A stretch of DNA of 64,000 nt from Spirochaetaceae bacterium (GTDB lineage: Bacteria > Spirochaetota > Spirochaetia > DSM-2461). The position numbers were made by a program, and so were the translations under genes. The stretch spans positions 1 to 64,000 of the forward strand of contig JAOPTT010000011.1 of the NCBI GenBank assembly GCA_051531975.1, given 5' to 3'. Shown in pieces: positions 29,814-40,005 of the stretch (its first letter is position 1; the number at the start of each line of letters is the position of its first letter). The notes below the pieces were generated by a model. The model saw nothing but the letters and a program-made list of their open reading frames with translations. It was not told the origin of the DNA and made no database searches.

Positions 29814-29864
29814 ATAGGTTACCTTAAAATAAAAAAAGCTTGTTATCATTTTAAGGTAATCTAT
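29814..29864. terminator. Long hairpin between convergent genes
   Basis: ATAGGTTACCTTAAAAT(29814-29830)/ATTTTAAGGTAATCTAT(29848-29864), one G-T pair. Confidence 0.6.
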
Positions 29865-29907
29865 TAAATTTAAGTCTTGGAATCCTTTGATTTAATTAAA
29901 ATACATT

Positions 29908-30975
29908 CTATATATCCATAATATTTTTAATCAGATGTTTGTATTCTCCATCAGGGAAGTAATTAATATATTCTTTTAAATAATTATTGTTTTGCTCTTT
30001 ATTTGATAGAAGTTCACATACTTCCCATAAGTTAAAATCTATTGTTTTTGACCCACTATTTACAGCCTGAATGTAGTACTCTTTGGCTTTATGATACTGC
30101 TCTTTAAAAAAGTATGCAGCTCCTATTTGTTCTAAAAACTGAGCTCTATTTTTAGGGTCCTGTTCAATTAGATTTTTGTAATATGTAATTGCTTTGTTGT
30201 AGTTACCAGTCGAAATAAGTAAACCACCTTCTTCAATTTCTGAATCTACACTACCAATAGCACTGCGGCGGATAAAGTTTTGGAATACCTGGCAATAATC
30301 AGGGTTAGTTTGTTCTGTATACCATTCATCATCATTGCCTTCTCTAAACTGTGTACCAATCTCTTTTATCATATTATTTAAGTTTTCTAAATCTAAAGTT
30401 AGAATTGATGTTTTAACATCTGACCCTAATGGTGTAAGTTCTCGGAATTCAAACCACTCTCTAAATATATAAAACCCTAACTGATCTCCCCATTTTTTGT
30501 TGCTATCCTGAATCCATAAATATTCTGAAAGAGTTATTGGTATTAGCTGAAGTAGTGGAGCTTTTAAATCAGAGTTATACTTAATATAACAGTTTGGTTT
30601 CTTAACATATAAAGATAAATAATAATGTTCTATATTGTTTCTAATAAGGGTAAAACACAGACCTTCGTCGTCTATATATCCATTAATATCTATAATGTCC
30701 TGGATAATAATATTCATATCCATAATTAGACTGGTATCTTCTTGTTTGCTAATTATGATTAGATCAAAGAGGTTTTCCTTGGTGTGTATTTTTGAAAGCT
30801 TTGGCATTATTAGCCCGAGTTTATTGGTAATATATCTATAATATGGTGATCTACTATCAGGTTTAAATATAGCAACCTCCAATGGAACACATTTATGACT
30901 AATAGGACTGTTTAACTGGGACGTCACCAACTTAATTTTTGATATATTGCCAAATGGACTTAAGTGTTTATACAT
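29908..30975 (-). CDS. Hypothetical protein with C-terminal TPR repeats
   Basis: GNYNKAITYYKNLIEQDP...IGAAYFFKEQYHKAKEYYIQA TPR pattern; start uncertain. Confidence 0.65.
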   Translation of the reverse strand: MYKHLSPFGNISKIKLVTSQLNSPISHKCVPLEVAIFKPDSRSPYYRYITNKLGLIMPKLSKIHTKENLFDLIIISKQEDTSLIMDMNIIIQDIIDINGYIDDEGLCFTLIRNNIEHYYLSLYVKKPNCYIKYNSDLKAPLLQLIPITLSEYLWIQDSNKKWGDQLGFYIFREWFEFRELTPLGSDVKTSILTLDLENLNNMIKEIGTQFREGNDDEWYTEQTNPDYCQVFQNFIRRSAIGSVDSEIEEGGLLISTGNYNKAITYYKNLIEQDPKNRAQFLEQIGAAYFFKEQYHKAKEYYIQAVNSGSKTIDFNLWEVCELLSNKEQNNNYLKEYINYFPDGEYKHLIKNIMDI

Positions 30976-31040
30976 TTAAAATCAATATAATATATTGGAC
31001 TCTTCTGTTTCAAGCTTACAAACAGATCTTGTAGTATTAA

Positions 31041-32042
31041 TTAACCATTTATATAAGTATCTATCTCATTATAATATTTCTGTTTTTCATCAAAAGGTAG
31101 AAAGGAAGCAGCAAATGAGTTTTTTGCAAGTAGAGTAATATCATCTTTTGATAAATTAAGGGCTTGCCATAGTTCTATAAAATTTTGGTTTATATAACCA
31201 CCAAAATATGCAGGATCATCTGAATTTACTGTTACACAAAGACCATAGTCTAACAATTCCTTTATATTATGATCCTTCATCTCTTTAAAAACACAGAGTT
31301 TAACATTTGATAATGGGCATACAGTCAGAGGTATTTGAGATTTTTTTAAATATTCCATCAATATTTTATCTGCAGTGCATCTCACACCATGATCAATTCT
31401 TGTGACATGTAATAGTTTAATTGAATCCCATATATAATCTGCAGGACCTTCTTCTCCGGCATGGGACACAGTCGTAAATCCTTCATTTATTGCCATTTCA
31501 AAAACTTTTTTAAACTTTTCTGGAGGGTTACCTAATTCACTAGAATCAAGTCCTACACTATAAATCCATTTTTTATATGGTAAAGATTGTTTTAGGGTTT
31601 CTATAGCTTCTTCCTCACTTAAATGTTTTAAAAAACACATAATGATACGAGAAGAGATATTATATTTCTCTTTTGCATCGTCCAGTGCTTTTTTTATTCC
31701 ATTAATAACTGTTTCAAAAGGTATGTCCCGATTTGTATGGGTTTGAGGATCAAAAAATATTTCAGTATGTTTTACATTATCTCTGTTTATTTTTTTTATA
31801 TATTCCCATGTTAATTCATAGAAATCTTCTTCATTTACAAGAACCTCGGCACTTGTGTAATAGATATCAAGAAATGACTGTAGATTATTAAATGCATAAG
31901 CTTTTTTCACTTCATCTACTGATGAATATGGTAACTTTATACTATTTCTTTTTGCCATTCTGAACATGGTTTCTGGTTCAAGAGTTCCTTCAATGTGAAC
32001 GTGTAATTCTGCTTTAGGGATATTATTAATAAAATCAATCAT
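31041..32042 (-). CDS. add: Adenine/adenosine deaminase (ADA-fold adenine deaminase type)
   Basis: PKAELHVHIEG, GLDSSE, HAGEEG, RIDHG, NSDDP. Confidence 0.93.
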   Translation of the reverse strand: MIDFINNIPKAELHVHIEGTLEPETMFRMAKRNSIKLPYSSVDEVKKAYAFNNLQSFLDIYYTSAEVLVNEEDFYELTWEYIKKINRDNVKHTEIFFDPQTHTNRDIPFETVINGIKKALDDAKEKYNISSRIIMCFLKHLSEEEAIETLKQSLPYKKWIYSVGLDSSELGNPPEKFKKVFEMAINEGFTTVSHAGEEGPADYIWDSIKLLHVTRIDHGVRCTADKILMEYLKKSQIPLTVCPLSNVKLCVFKEMKDHNIKELLDYGLCVTVNSDDPAYFGGYINQNFIELWQALNLSKDDITLLAKNSFAASFLPFDEKQKYYNEIDTYING

Positions 32043-33351
32043 ACTTGGTTACTTCTCTTTTTATAAATTGTCCTTTCCTTGGATAAATCTTATTATCTTT
32101 CATTACAACTACCCCTCCAGCAATACAGGTTTCTACAAAACCTTTTCTTTTTTTACCTTTATATAGATTATAATCGCATCTTGAATGGTTTTCTACTATT
32201 TCTGAATCTTTGTTTTCATTAAATATAAAAAAATCAGCATCGGAACCTTCAGCTAAGATGCCTTTTCTTGGAAATAGACTAAAAAGTTTTGCTGGATTTA
32301 TAGTCATTTTATTAATAATTTTCTCACCAAATAAATTGTACATTATGGAAAATGAAAACTCTATTCCACCAATTCCAAAGGGGATATCTTTTAAAAGATT
32401 TTTATTTTTTTCGTCAGACATAAATGGACAATGGTCTGTTCCAATAGAAAAAATATTATCTATATTGTTTTTTAATAGTTTGGATTGATTTTCTGATCTT
32501 AGTGGTGGGGCAAGAATATATTTGTATCCGTCTTCTTGTTTAAAAGTTAATTCATTAAAAATGAAATAATGAGGACAGCTTTCCATAAAAAATGATCTAT
32601 TTAACAGATCAGGATGTTTTTCCTTCATGAATTGTACACTCTCCCCACAGGTTGTATGAACACAATATATTGTTCCCCCATGGATTTCATTCAATTCAGC
32701 AAGTTTTTTAATCATACTAGTCTCTGATATAGCAGGACGGTTAATCTTAAGGTCTTCAAACTTTAGATTTATATCACTGTTTATAAAATCTTCATCTTCT
32801 GAATGTATAAGAATTATGGTGCCAGTTTTATTTGAATAATCTAGTAGTTTACTTATCTCTTTTTCATAAGTCCTACGATTACTTTCAGAATATGCTGTAA
32901 ATATTTTTATAGAAGGTATTTTTAATCTAATTGCTTCCTTAGTAATGTTTTCTGTCTCATTCACTGGATTTGATGCTGTAGTATGGAAGCTAAAATCGAT
33001 TAGACTTTTTTCAGCTTCTTTAAGTCTATTTTTTAAAGCTGTTTCTACATCAGAACCTTTAGATACTGGGCTTAGGAAATCTATGATTGTTGTTACTCCA
33101 CCATATATTCCAGCAATAGATCCACTATAAAAATCATCAGCGGAGATATATTTACCAATATTAAGATTCAGATGAACATGTGGGTCAATAATACCTGGTA
33201 TAATCTTTTTTCCAACTGCATCTATTATTTCCTCTGCATCAAAATTCTCAGGGGAAATCTTTTCAATAATTCCATTATTTACATAAATGTTTAACTTATG
33301 AAATTTTGAGTCTAAATATATCTCTGCATTTCTAACAGCTAAATTATACAT
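32035..33351 (-). CDS. hydA: Dihydropyrimidinase/hydantoinase (HyuA/HydA-like cyclic amidohydrolase)
   Basis: PGIIDPHVH, GGVTT, SIKIF (carboxy-Lys), HSED, CPHY, PPLR, TDHCPF. Confidence 0.85.
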   Translation of the reverse strand: MYNLAVRNAEIYLDSKFHKLNIYVNNGIIEKISPENFDAEEIIDAVGKKIIPGIIDPHVHLNLNIGKYISADDFYSGSIAGIYGGVTTIIDFLSPVSKGSDVETALKNRLKEAEKSLIDFSFHTTASNPVNETENITKEAIRLKIPSIKIFTAYSESNRRTYEKEISKLLDYSNKTGTIILIHSEDEDFINSDINLKFEDLKINRPAISETSMIKKLAELNEIHGGTIYCVHTTCGESVQFMKEKHPDLLNRSFFMESCPHYFIFNELTFKQEDGYKYILAPPLRSENQSKLLKNNIDNIFSIGTDHCPFMSDEKNKNLLKDIPFGIGGIEFSFSIMYNLFGEKIINKMTINPAKLFSLFPRKGILAEGSDADFFIFNENKDSEIVENHSRCDYNLYKGKKRKGFVETCIAGGVVVMKDNKIYPRKGQFIKREVTKYD

Positions 33352-33377
33352 TATAGTAACCCTCCATTTTTATACTT

Positions 33378-33584
33378 TTATACTTCTATAATTCTATATT
33401 GTTTAAAATTAAATAAATCTAAAATTTCTTGTAAACAGCCTTTTCTTACACAAGTAATAAGTGGAATATTTTGTTTCAAAATATTAACAATACTAGAATA
33501 AAAACATTTTTTTTGAAGTTCCATATGACCTAATTCATCAAAATAAATTGGAGCCAACTTTTCATTTATCAGAGTATAAACTCT
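33378..33584 (-). pseudogene. C-terminal remnant of a THEP1/DUF2478-like P-loop NTPase
   Basis: Not in the ORF track; open frame ...PIYFDELGHMELQKKCFYSSIVNILKQNIPLITCVRKGCLQEILDLF...* with Walker-B-like DELG.MEL; upstream stops, no Walker A. Confidence 0.55.
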
Positions 33585-33598
33585 TCATCATTGTCATT

Positions 33599-34807
33599 TT
33601 ATTTTTCTCCATCATAAAGTCGGTATATATTTTTATTAGTAAGATCAGTTAATATTTTTGTTGGATTTTTTATTTTACTTAAAAAAATCATGGCTGCTAT
33701 TATATAAGGTTTATAACTGGCTTCCTTATATAGAGGTATACGGAATTTATCAAAAACAGAAGCTTCAACTTCTCCCTGTTCGCAGCTAACACCTGTTATA
33801 TCCGCAGGTAGACAATGAAGATAAAGAGCATCTGCATTTTTTGTTGTTTTCATAAGTTCTTCCGTACATTCCCATGCTTTATGTCCAGAGTTTTGTTCTA
33901 ATAACTTCTTTTCAAGTTCTTTTATGGCATCAAAATCACCATTCCCATAGAGTTCTGTTCGTTCCTCCATGGCTTCATAAGGCGCCCAACTTTTAGGATA
34001 AACTATATCAGCATCTTTAAAAGCTTCTTCCATTGAATTGGTTTGTGTAAATTTACCACCAGATGAGATAGAATTTTTCTCTGCAATATCTAGAACTTCC
34101 GGCATAACTTCATATCCCTTTGGGTGGGCAAGTGTTACATCCATTCCAAAACGACTTAGTAGTCCTATAATACCCTGAGGTACAGAAAGTGGTTTTCCAT
34201 AGGATGGTGAATATGCCCAGGTCATAGCAATCTTTTTTCCTTTAAGATTTTCTACTCCACCAAAATGATGAATAATATGAAGTGCATCAGACATTGATTG
34301 GGTAGGGTGGTCAATATCACATTGTAAATTAACTAAGGTAGGACGTTGTTCTAGAACTCCATCTCTGTGTCCTTTAGAAACTGCATCTGCTACTTCTTTC
34401 ATGTAGGTATGGCCTTTTCCAATGTACATATCATCTCTAATCCCAATAATATCAGCCATGAAACTGATCATATTTGCAGTTTCCCTCACAGTTTCACCGT
34501 GAGCAATTTGTGATTTACCTTCTTCTAAATCCTGTACTTCTAGACCAAGAAGATTACATGCACTGGCAAAACTAAATCGTGTACGGGTTGAATTATCTCT
34601 AAAAAGTGATATTCCAAGACCACTATCAAATATTTTAGAGGAAATATTGTTTTTTCTCATCCTACGAAGAATTTCTGCTGTTTTAAATACAGCTGATATT
34701 TCATCATCACTTTTATCCCATGTTAATAGAAAGTCACTTAAATACATCTCTGAAGTATTTAGTTTTGAAAGTTGTTCTATTTGTTTTAATAATATCTCTT
34801 TATTCAT
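33599..34807 (-). CDS. ygeW: Knotted carbamoyltransferase YgeW
   Basis: FRDNSTRT, HGET, HPTQ, YSPSYGKPLSVPQG, HCLPAD. Confidence 0.95.
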   Translation of the reverse strand: MNKEILLKQIEQLSKLNTSEMYLSDFLLTWDKSDDEISAVFKTAEILRRMRKNNISSKIFDSGLGISLFRDNSTRTRFSFASACNLLGLEVQDLEEGKSQIAHGETVRETANMISFMADIIGIRDDMYIGKGHTYMKEVADAVSKGHRDGVLEQRPTLVNLQCDIDHPTQSMSDALHIIHHFGGVENLKGKKIAMTWAYSPSYGKPLSVPQGIIGLLSRFGMDVTLAHPKGYEVMPEVLDIAEKNSISSGGKFTQTNSMEEAFKDADIVYPKSWAPYEAMEERTELYGNGDFDAIKELEKKLLEQNSGHKAWECTEELMKTTKNADALYLHCLPADITGVSCEQGEVEASVFDKFRIPLYKEASYKPYIIAAMIFLSKIKNPTKILTDLTNKNIYRLYDGEK

Positions 34808-34816
34808 TAAAATCTC

Positions 34817-35770
34817 CTATAGTGTTATATGTGTTCCTGTACCGTTAAAAAATGCTTCAGCTAAATTATCTGGATCTGTAATTATTACTTCTTTCCCTCC
34901 ATGTTTAAGGAAATCTAAGGATGCTTCTATTTTTGGTAACATGCTTCCCTTTGCAAACTGGTTATCCTTTAGGTGTTTTTTTATTTCATCTATGTTTACA
35001 TTTGATAGAGCTTTTTGTTCTGGAGTATTAAAATTTATTGCAACATTTTTAACTCCTGTTGAAACTATAAATGTATCTATATTTAAATTGGCAGCAAGAA
35101 GAGCAGAAGCTTTATCTTTATCTATAACAGCATCTATTCCTATTAGATTTCCTTCCTCTTCAATTACAGGTATACCACCACCTCCTGCAGCAATAATTAC
35201 AAAATTATTACTAATTAATGATTTTAATGCTTCAAGCTCAATTATTTTTACTGGCGTAGGGGATGCTACAACACGTCTATAACCCCGGCCTGAATCTTCT
35301 ATTAAGTTCCAACTTGGATTTGTTTTAATTAGATTTTTGTAATCCTGTTCTGAATAGAACTGCCCAATAGGTTTTGCTGGTTTTAAAAATGCTTCATCGT
35401 TTTTATCAACTAATACCTGAGTAATAATTGTTACTGCATTTTTTGTAATTTTTCTTTTTCTAAACTCATTATCTAAAGCCTGTTGTATCTGATAACCAAT
35501 AGCACCTTGAGTATCTGCATTACAGTTAACTAAAGGAACTGTATGCATGTGTTCAACCTGGTTAGCAATTTCAGAACGGTGTAGGATGAATCCTACTTGA
35601 GGTCCATTCCCATGGGTTATAACTACATTGTGACCATCTTGTATCAGTTCTGCAATCTGATATGCTGTTTCGCATATTGCCTTATATTGATCGTCAACTA
35701 ATTGATGTTTACTATCTTTAATTAGCGAGTTCCCACCTATGGCAATTAGGATTTTTTTCTTTTCCTTCAT
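34817..35770 (-). CDS. arcC: Carbamate kinase (YqeA/ArcC)
   Basis: AIGGNS, HGNGPQVG, RRVVASP, GGGGIPV, AVIDKD, GSMLPK. Confidence 0.96.
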   Translation of the reverse strand: MKEKKKILIAIGGNSLIKDSKHQLVDDQYKAICETAYQIAELIQDGHNVVITHGNGPQVGFILHRSEIANQVEHMHTVPLVNCNADTQGAIGYQIQQALDNEFRKRKITKNAVTIITQVLVDKNDEAFLKPAKPIGQFYSEQDYKNLIKTNPSWNLIEDSGRGYRRVVASPTPVKIIELEALKSLISNNFVIIAAGGGGIPVIEEEGNLIGIDAVIDKDKASALLAANLNIDTFIVSTGVKNVAINFNTPEQKALSNVNIDEIKKHLKDNQFAKGSMLPKIEASLDFLKHGGKEVIITDPDNLAEAFFNGTGTHITL

Positions 35771-36228
35771 TATATTTTTCCTCTATGTTTTGTTGATTGG
35801 TTTCTTAAATAAAAAATGGCTTCTAAAACTCCATCATACTTGCCATCAAATATAACCTCTCTTATAGAGGTTGAATCATCATGGTTTGTAGCTATAACTA
35901 TATACGTATCTTTTTCTATCTCTGCCTGGTTTATGGCTTTTACAAGGTCATTATCATAATAACATTTTCTTGCCATGGGGAACCGTTCCTTTGATACAAA
36001 ATCCTTACGGTTTTCAACAATCTGAATATCAAAATCAAATAAAGCCGCTGCTTTTGAGACGGCTAAATTTACATATCCTCCACCAATAGTTCCAATGATA
36101 TTTCCATTTTGAAGAACTATCATTTTAGCAGTACTTCTTGGTGATGAGCCCTTTTTTTCAGTAATAGTTGTTATAGCAAAAGGGACATTTTTTTCCTGAA
36201 GTTCAGTAGTTTCTTTAAATATATTCAT
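35770..36228 (-). pseudogene. yqeB: Internally deleted YqeB (XdhC-YqeB fusion) retaining an open frame
   Basis: Matches the YqeB N-terminus (MNIF..GS.PR..GTIGGG), part of the XdhC Rossmann domain (VN.A...AAL..FDI, IATN) and the YqeB C-terminus (GVLEA), but is only 152 aa. Confidence 0.7.
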
Positions 36229-39093
36229 CTATATTTTACCTAGAGCTTTTAATATATTCTCAGGAGAGAATGGCCATTTTCTTAGCCAGATTCCAATTGC
36301 ATCATGTATCGCAATAGCAATTACGGCAGCAGCACCATTTGTACTGATCTCTGCGACGGATTTTGCACCATAAGGACCAAATGGGTCGACCGTGAATACC
36401 AATTCTGCTCTGAAATCATCAGGGAGATCGTTTATCATTGGTACTTTATAATCCAATAGATTTGCATTAAGACAGTTACCTTCACTATCTAATATCATCT
36501 CTTCCCACAAAGAGTGGCCAATTGATTTTAATACACCACCATATATCTGTCCCTGGGCTAATTCTGGATTAATCGGGGTTCCACAATCCTGTAGGGCATA
36601 ATATTTTTGAATATTAAGATGTCCTGTCCTTATGTTAACCTCAATCTGACAAAAATGTGCACCGTATGGGAATGCGGCATCATCTGTTGTGTAACCTGCA
36701 GTTGCTATTAATTGCCCAATTCCTTCTCCGCTTTGGGTTTCAGCTGCTATCTGGGCAAATGTAACACTGGAGTTTTTACCTTGAACCATATCAGGATAAA
36801 CGACACTAAGCTGTGAACTATTTTCCTTAAGCATAACCGCTGCAATTTCAAGTATCTTCTCTTTCATGACACCAGCACATTTTAAAACTGCGTTCCCTGT
36901 AAAAAAGGTTCCACTAGATGCATATGCTCCGGTATCGAAAGGTGTTGTATCGGTATCTCCAGAAAATATAGAGACTCTGTCCATATCTGTACAAAGACAC
37001 TCAGCTGCAAGTTTTACAGCTACAGTATCCAAACCTGTTCCTATATCCGCTCCACCGGTACTGACCATAAAAGTGCCGTCTCCCAGCATTTTAATAATAG
37101 CGTTAGAGGAATCAAGCCCGGGCAGGCCTGAGCCCTGTTGCACAATTACAACACCCTTACCAATGAATGTATCTGGATTTTTACTATCTACTTTCACACC
37201 CCAATTTATCATCTCTTTACCCTGAGTTATAGCAGGTTCCAATCCGCAGCTAACTACACGTTGCGCTGTGCCTTCCCGTCCTTCGCCTAAACAGCGAAGT
37301 ATTTCAAGCATATCCCCTTCATGAACTCTGTTTTTTTCAATTATATCCAACTGACCCATATTTAGTTCGTCAGCAAGTTCGGCCATAGCTGATTGCATTG
37401 CAAAAGAACCTTTAGGAGCTCCATATCCTTGGTATGCACCTGTTGGTGGTATATTGGAATAATATGTTTTAACATCAAATTTAAAGTTATCACATAAAAA
37501 TAGAGGAAGTGATTTAGCACAGGCGTTCATTGGAACAGTCAGACAATGAGAACCATAAGGACCAGTATTGGCTAAAACGCTCATATGTACAGCAGTTAGT
37601 TTACCGTCTTTTTTAGCACCTAGTTTTACTCCAATTTTCATTGGAAAACGGGTCCTTGAAGCTATAAATTCCTCTTTTCTTGTAAATCTAAAAAAAATGG
37701 ATCTACCAGTTACATATGTTAAATAAGCACAAACTTCTTCTAAAACAATATCTTGTTTTGCTCCAAAGCCCCCGCCAACTCTCTCTTTAATTACACGTAT
37801 TTTATTTTCACTGATACCAAGAACATAGGCTACTATTCTTCTTAAGTGATATGGTACCTGAGTTGAAGCGTGAATTATTAGGCGTTCCCCATCCATCTTT
37901 GAATAAACAACATGAGGCTCTAAAGGAGTACACTGGATCTGAGTAGTTTCATATTCCCTTTCAAGTATTACATCTGCCTCAGCAAAACCTTTATTTATAT
38001 CACCAATACCACCATCTACACTTGCTGCAATATTTTCTCTTGGTTTTGCACCAATAGGGAATTGATAAATTATTTTACCTTCCCTTGGATCAATATTGGA
38101 ATTATCAAGATCTGTAGGGGCACCATTTTCATATTGAATATAGCTGTTGTGCAGAATAGGAGCGTCTTTTTTTCTCGCTTCATCTATAGTAAATACTGGC
38201 TTTATTAACTCATACTCTACCTTAATTTTACCAATAGCGGTTTTACAAATTTCCATAGACTCAGCTACTACTGCTGCGACTCTATCTCCAACATGAAGTA
38301 CTTTATCCCCAATCATCTTCCTATCATAAGGGGATGGTTCGGGAAAACCCTGACCAGCCTGGTTATAATAGATATCAGGACAATTTTTGTGGGTCAAAAT
38401 ATAGACTACTCCAGGTATCTTCTCTGCCTCGGTTACATCAATATTTTTTATATAGGCATGTGCGTGGGGACTTCTTAGCATTTTAAGGAAACAGCTTCCA
38501 GCTTCTACCATATCTTCAACAAAAGCTTTTTCACCTTTTACTAATTTGACGCCATCCACCTTTCCTTTTGCCTTTCCAACAAATTTCAGATCTTCTCTAA
38601 ACTCAGGTGCAACTTTTTCCATATAGATTGGATTTGTTCTTCTTTTTGCTGCTATAGCAACTGCTTTAAAAATCTGCTGATAACCTGTGCAGCGACAAAA
38701 ATTTCCGGAAAGTGCATCTTTTATATCATTTTCTGTGGGACTCGGAATCCTATCCAGCAAGTCCCTAATAGCCAGTGCCATTGCAGGTGAACAATATCCA
38801 CATTGTACAATTCCAGCATCCACCATTGCTGATTGAATAGCTGAAAACTCCCTGTTTTTAGAAAGATATTCAACTGTCCAGATATTTTTATCCTCAATTT
38901 GACTTGGCACTAAGAGACATGAGTTTACAGTTTTTTTATCCATAATAATTGAACAAGCACCACAGGAACCCTGACCATTACACCCATTTCGTACAGAAAA
39001 TATTCCTTCCCTCTGTAAAAGAGTTCGTACGCTATCGCCGGGTATGGCATAAAATGATTTAGGAACATCGTTTAATACAAAATTGATTTTCAT
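36229..39093 (-). CDS. xdhD: Molybdenum hydroxylase fused 2Fe-2S/Mo subunit (XdhD/YgfN)
   Basis: CNGQGSCGAC, QCGYC, CRCTGY, GGGFGAK, YQGYG, YASSGT, GAKSVAE. Confidence 0.92.
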   Translation of the reverse strand: MKINFVLNDVPKSFYAIPGDSVRTLLQREGIFSVRNGCNGQGSCGACSIIMDKKTVNSCLLVPSQIEDKNIWTVEYLSKNREFSAIQSAMVDAGIVQCGYCSPAMALAIRDLLDRIPSPTENDIKDALSGNFCRCTGYQQIFKAVAIAAKRRTNPIYMEKVAPEFREDLKFVGKAKGKVDGVKLVKGEKAFVEDMVEAGSCFLKMLRSPHAHAYIKNIDVTEAEKIPGVVYILTHKNCPDIYYNQAGQGFPEPSPYDRKMIGDKVLHVGDRVAAVVAESMEICKTAIGKIKVEYELIKPVFTIDEARKKDAPILHNSYIQYENGAPTDLDNSNIDPREGKIIYQFPIGAKPRENIAASVDGGIGDINKGFAEADVILEREYETTQIQCTPLEPHVVYSKMDGERLIIHASTQVPYHLRRIVAYVLGISENKIRVIKERVGGGFGAKQDIVLEEVCAYLTYVTGRSIFFRFTRKEEFIASRTRFPMKIGVKLGAKKDGKLTAVHMSVLANTGPYGSHCLTVPMNACAKSLPLFLCDNFKFDVKTYYSNIPPTGAYQGYGAPKGSFAMQSAMAELADELNMGQLDIIEKNRVHEGDMLEILRCLGEGREGTAQRVVSCGLEPAITQGKEMINWGVKVDSKNPDTFIGKGVVIVQQGSGLPGLDSSNAIIKMLGDGTFMVSTGGADIGTGLDTVAVKLAAECLCTDMDRVSIFSGDTDTTPFDTGAYASSGTFFTGNAVLKCAGVMKEKILEIAAVMLKENSSQLSVVYPDMVQGKNSSVTFAQIAAETQSGEGIGQLIATAGYTTDDAAFPYGAHFCQIEVNIRTGHLNIQKYYALQDCGTPINPELAQGQIYGGVLKSIGHSLWEEMILDSEGNCLNANLLDYKVPMINDLPDDFRAELVFTVDPFGPYGAKSVAEISTNGAAAVIAIAIHDAIGIWLRKWPFSPENILKALGKI

Positions 39094-39902
39094 TTTCCCT
39101 CCAGGTTATAAGCTGAATAAAAACAATCACAAACCATAACACCTGTCAGATGAGTTTTAAATTTGGCACTTCCTCGTATGTCATCTATTGGATTTATCTG
39201 CTTTTGTATTAGTGCTTCCAGGTCTTCTTTAGATGGTAAATTATCACCATTTAATATATCTTCTAATCCCCTAAGACGTACAACATGTTTGTCTACTCCA
39301 CCTACAGCCACTATGATGCCACTTAGTTTTTCTGACTTTTTGGTAAAACTAACTGCGACATTTAAAATTGCAATATCATTAGCGGTCCGGGTAAAATGAT
39401 CTAGAGCTGTTAATCTCTGTTTCTGATTTGGGATTACAATAAACAATATTAATTCATCTTCTGTACTATTTATAAAATCAATAATATCTATTAATTTTTC
39501 TCCATTTGGTAAAGAGACTTTTAATTTTGCCTTTAATGATATTAAAATAGGGATAAGATTAGAACATGATCTGTTTACACCAATATTACCACCGATAGTG
39601 GCCATATTCCTAATATTTCTATTAGTCATATATTTTGATGCGGTTTTAACAGATATTGGTACTATCTCAGAATCAATTAGTTGTTGTAAAGTTACAGCAC
39701 TTCCAATTATAAGTTCTTGCTGTTTCATTTCAATTTTGTTCAGACCAAGCAGCTCTAAACTAATCGCTTGCTTCTTCTGAATATTGTGGTCCGTCGAATT
39801 TATTTCAGTACCACCTGCAAAAAAAAGAGCTGTGTCTTTAAACTTATCTTTTAGCTTTACTGCTTCAGATATTGTTGTCGCTTTAAAAAACTGTTCTATC
39901 AT
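39090..39902 (-). CDS. ygfM: Molybdenum hydroxylase FAD-binding subunit (YgfM)
   Basis: AGGT, IRNMATIGGN, DDIRGSA.FK. Confidence 0.9.
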   Translation of the reverse strand: MIEQFFKATTISEAVKLKDKFKDTALFFAGGTEINSTDHNIQKKQAISLELLGLNKIEMKQQELIIGSAVTLQQLIDSEIVPISVKTASKYMTNRNIRNMATIGGNIGVNRSCSNLIPILISLKAKLKVSLPNGEKLIDIIDFINSTEDELILFIVIPNQKQRLTALDHFTRTANDIAILNVAVSFTKKSEKLSGIIVAVGGVDKHVVRLRGLEDILNGDNLPSKEDLEALIQKQINPIDDIRGSAKFKTHLTGVMVCDCFYSAYNLEGK

Positions 39903-40005
39903 TTAATCCCTCCTGATAAGAGAAAATCAGTTAATAATTTAATATCAATTAGTCCCTAATATAATTTTAATTAATATTACTAGGAATTGCACATTTTATT
40001 TATAG

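Noticed and set aside
34647..35282. 211-aa plus-strand ORF and other short antisense ORFs in the track
   Set aside because: Shadow frames opposite well-supported genes, with no motifs or RBS
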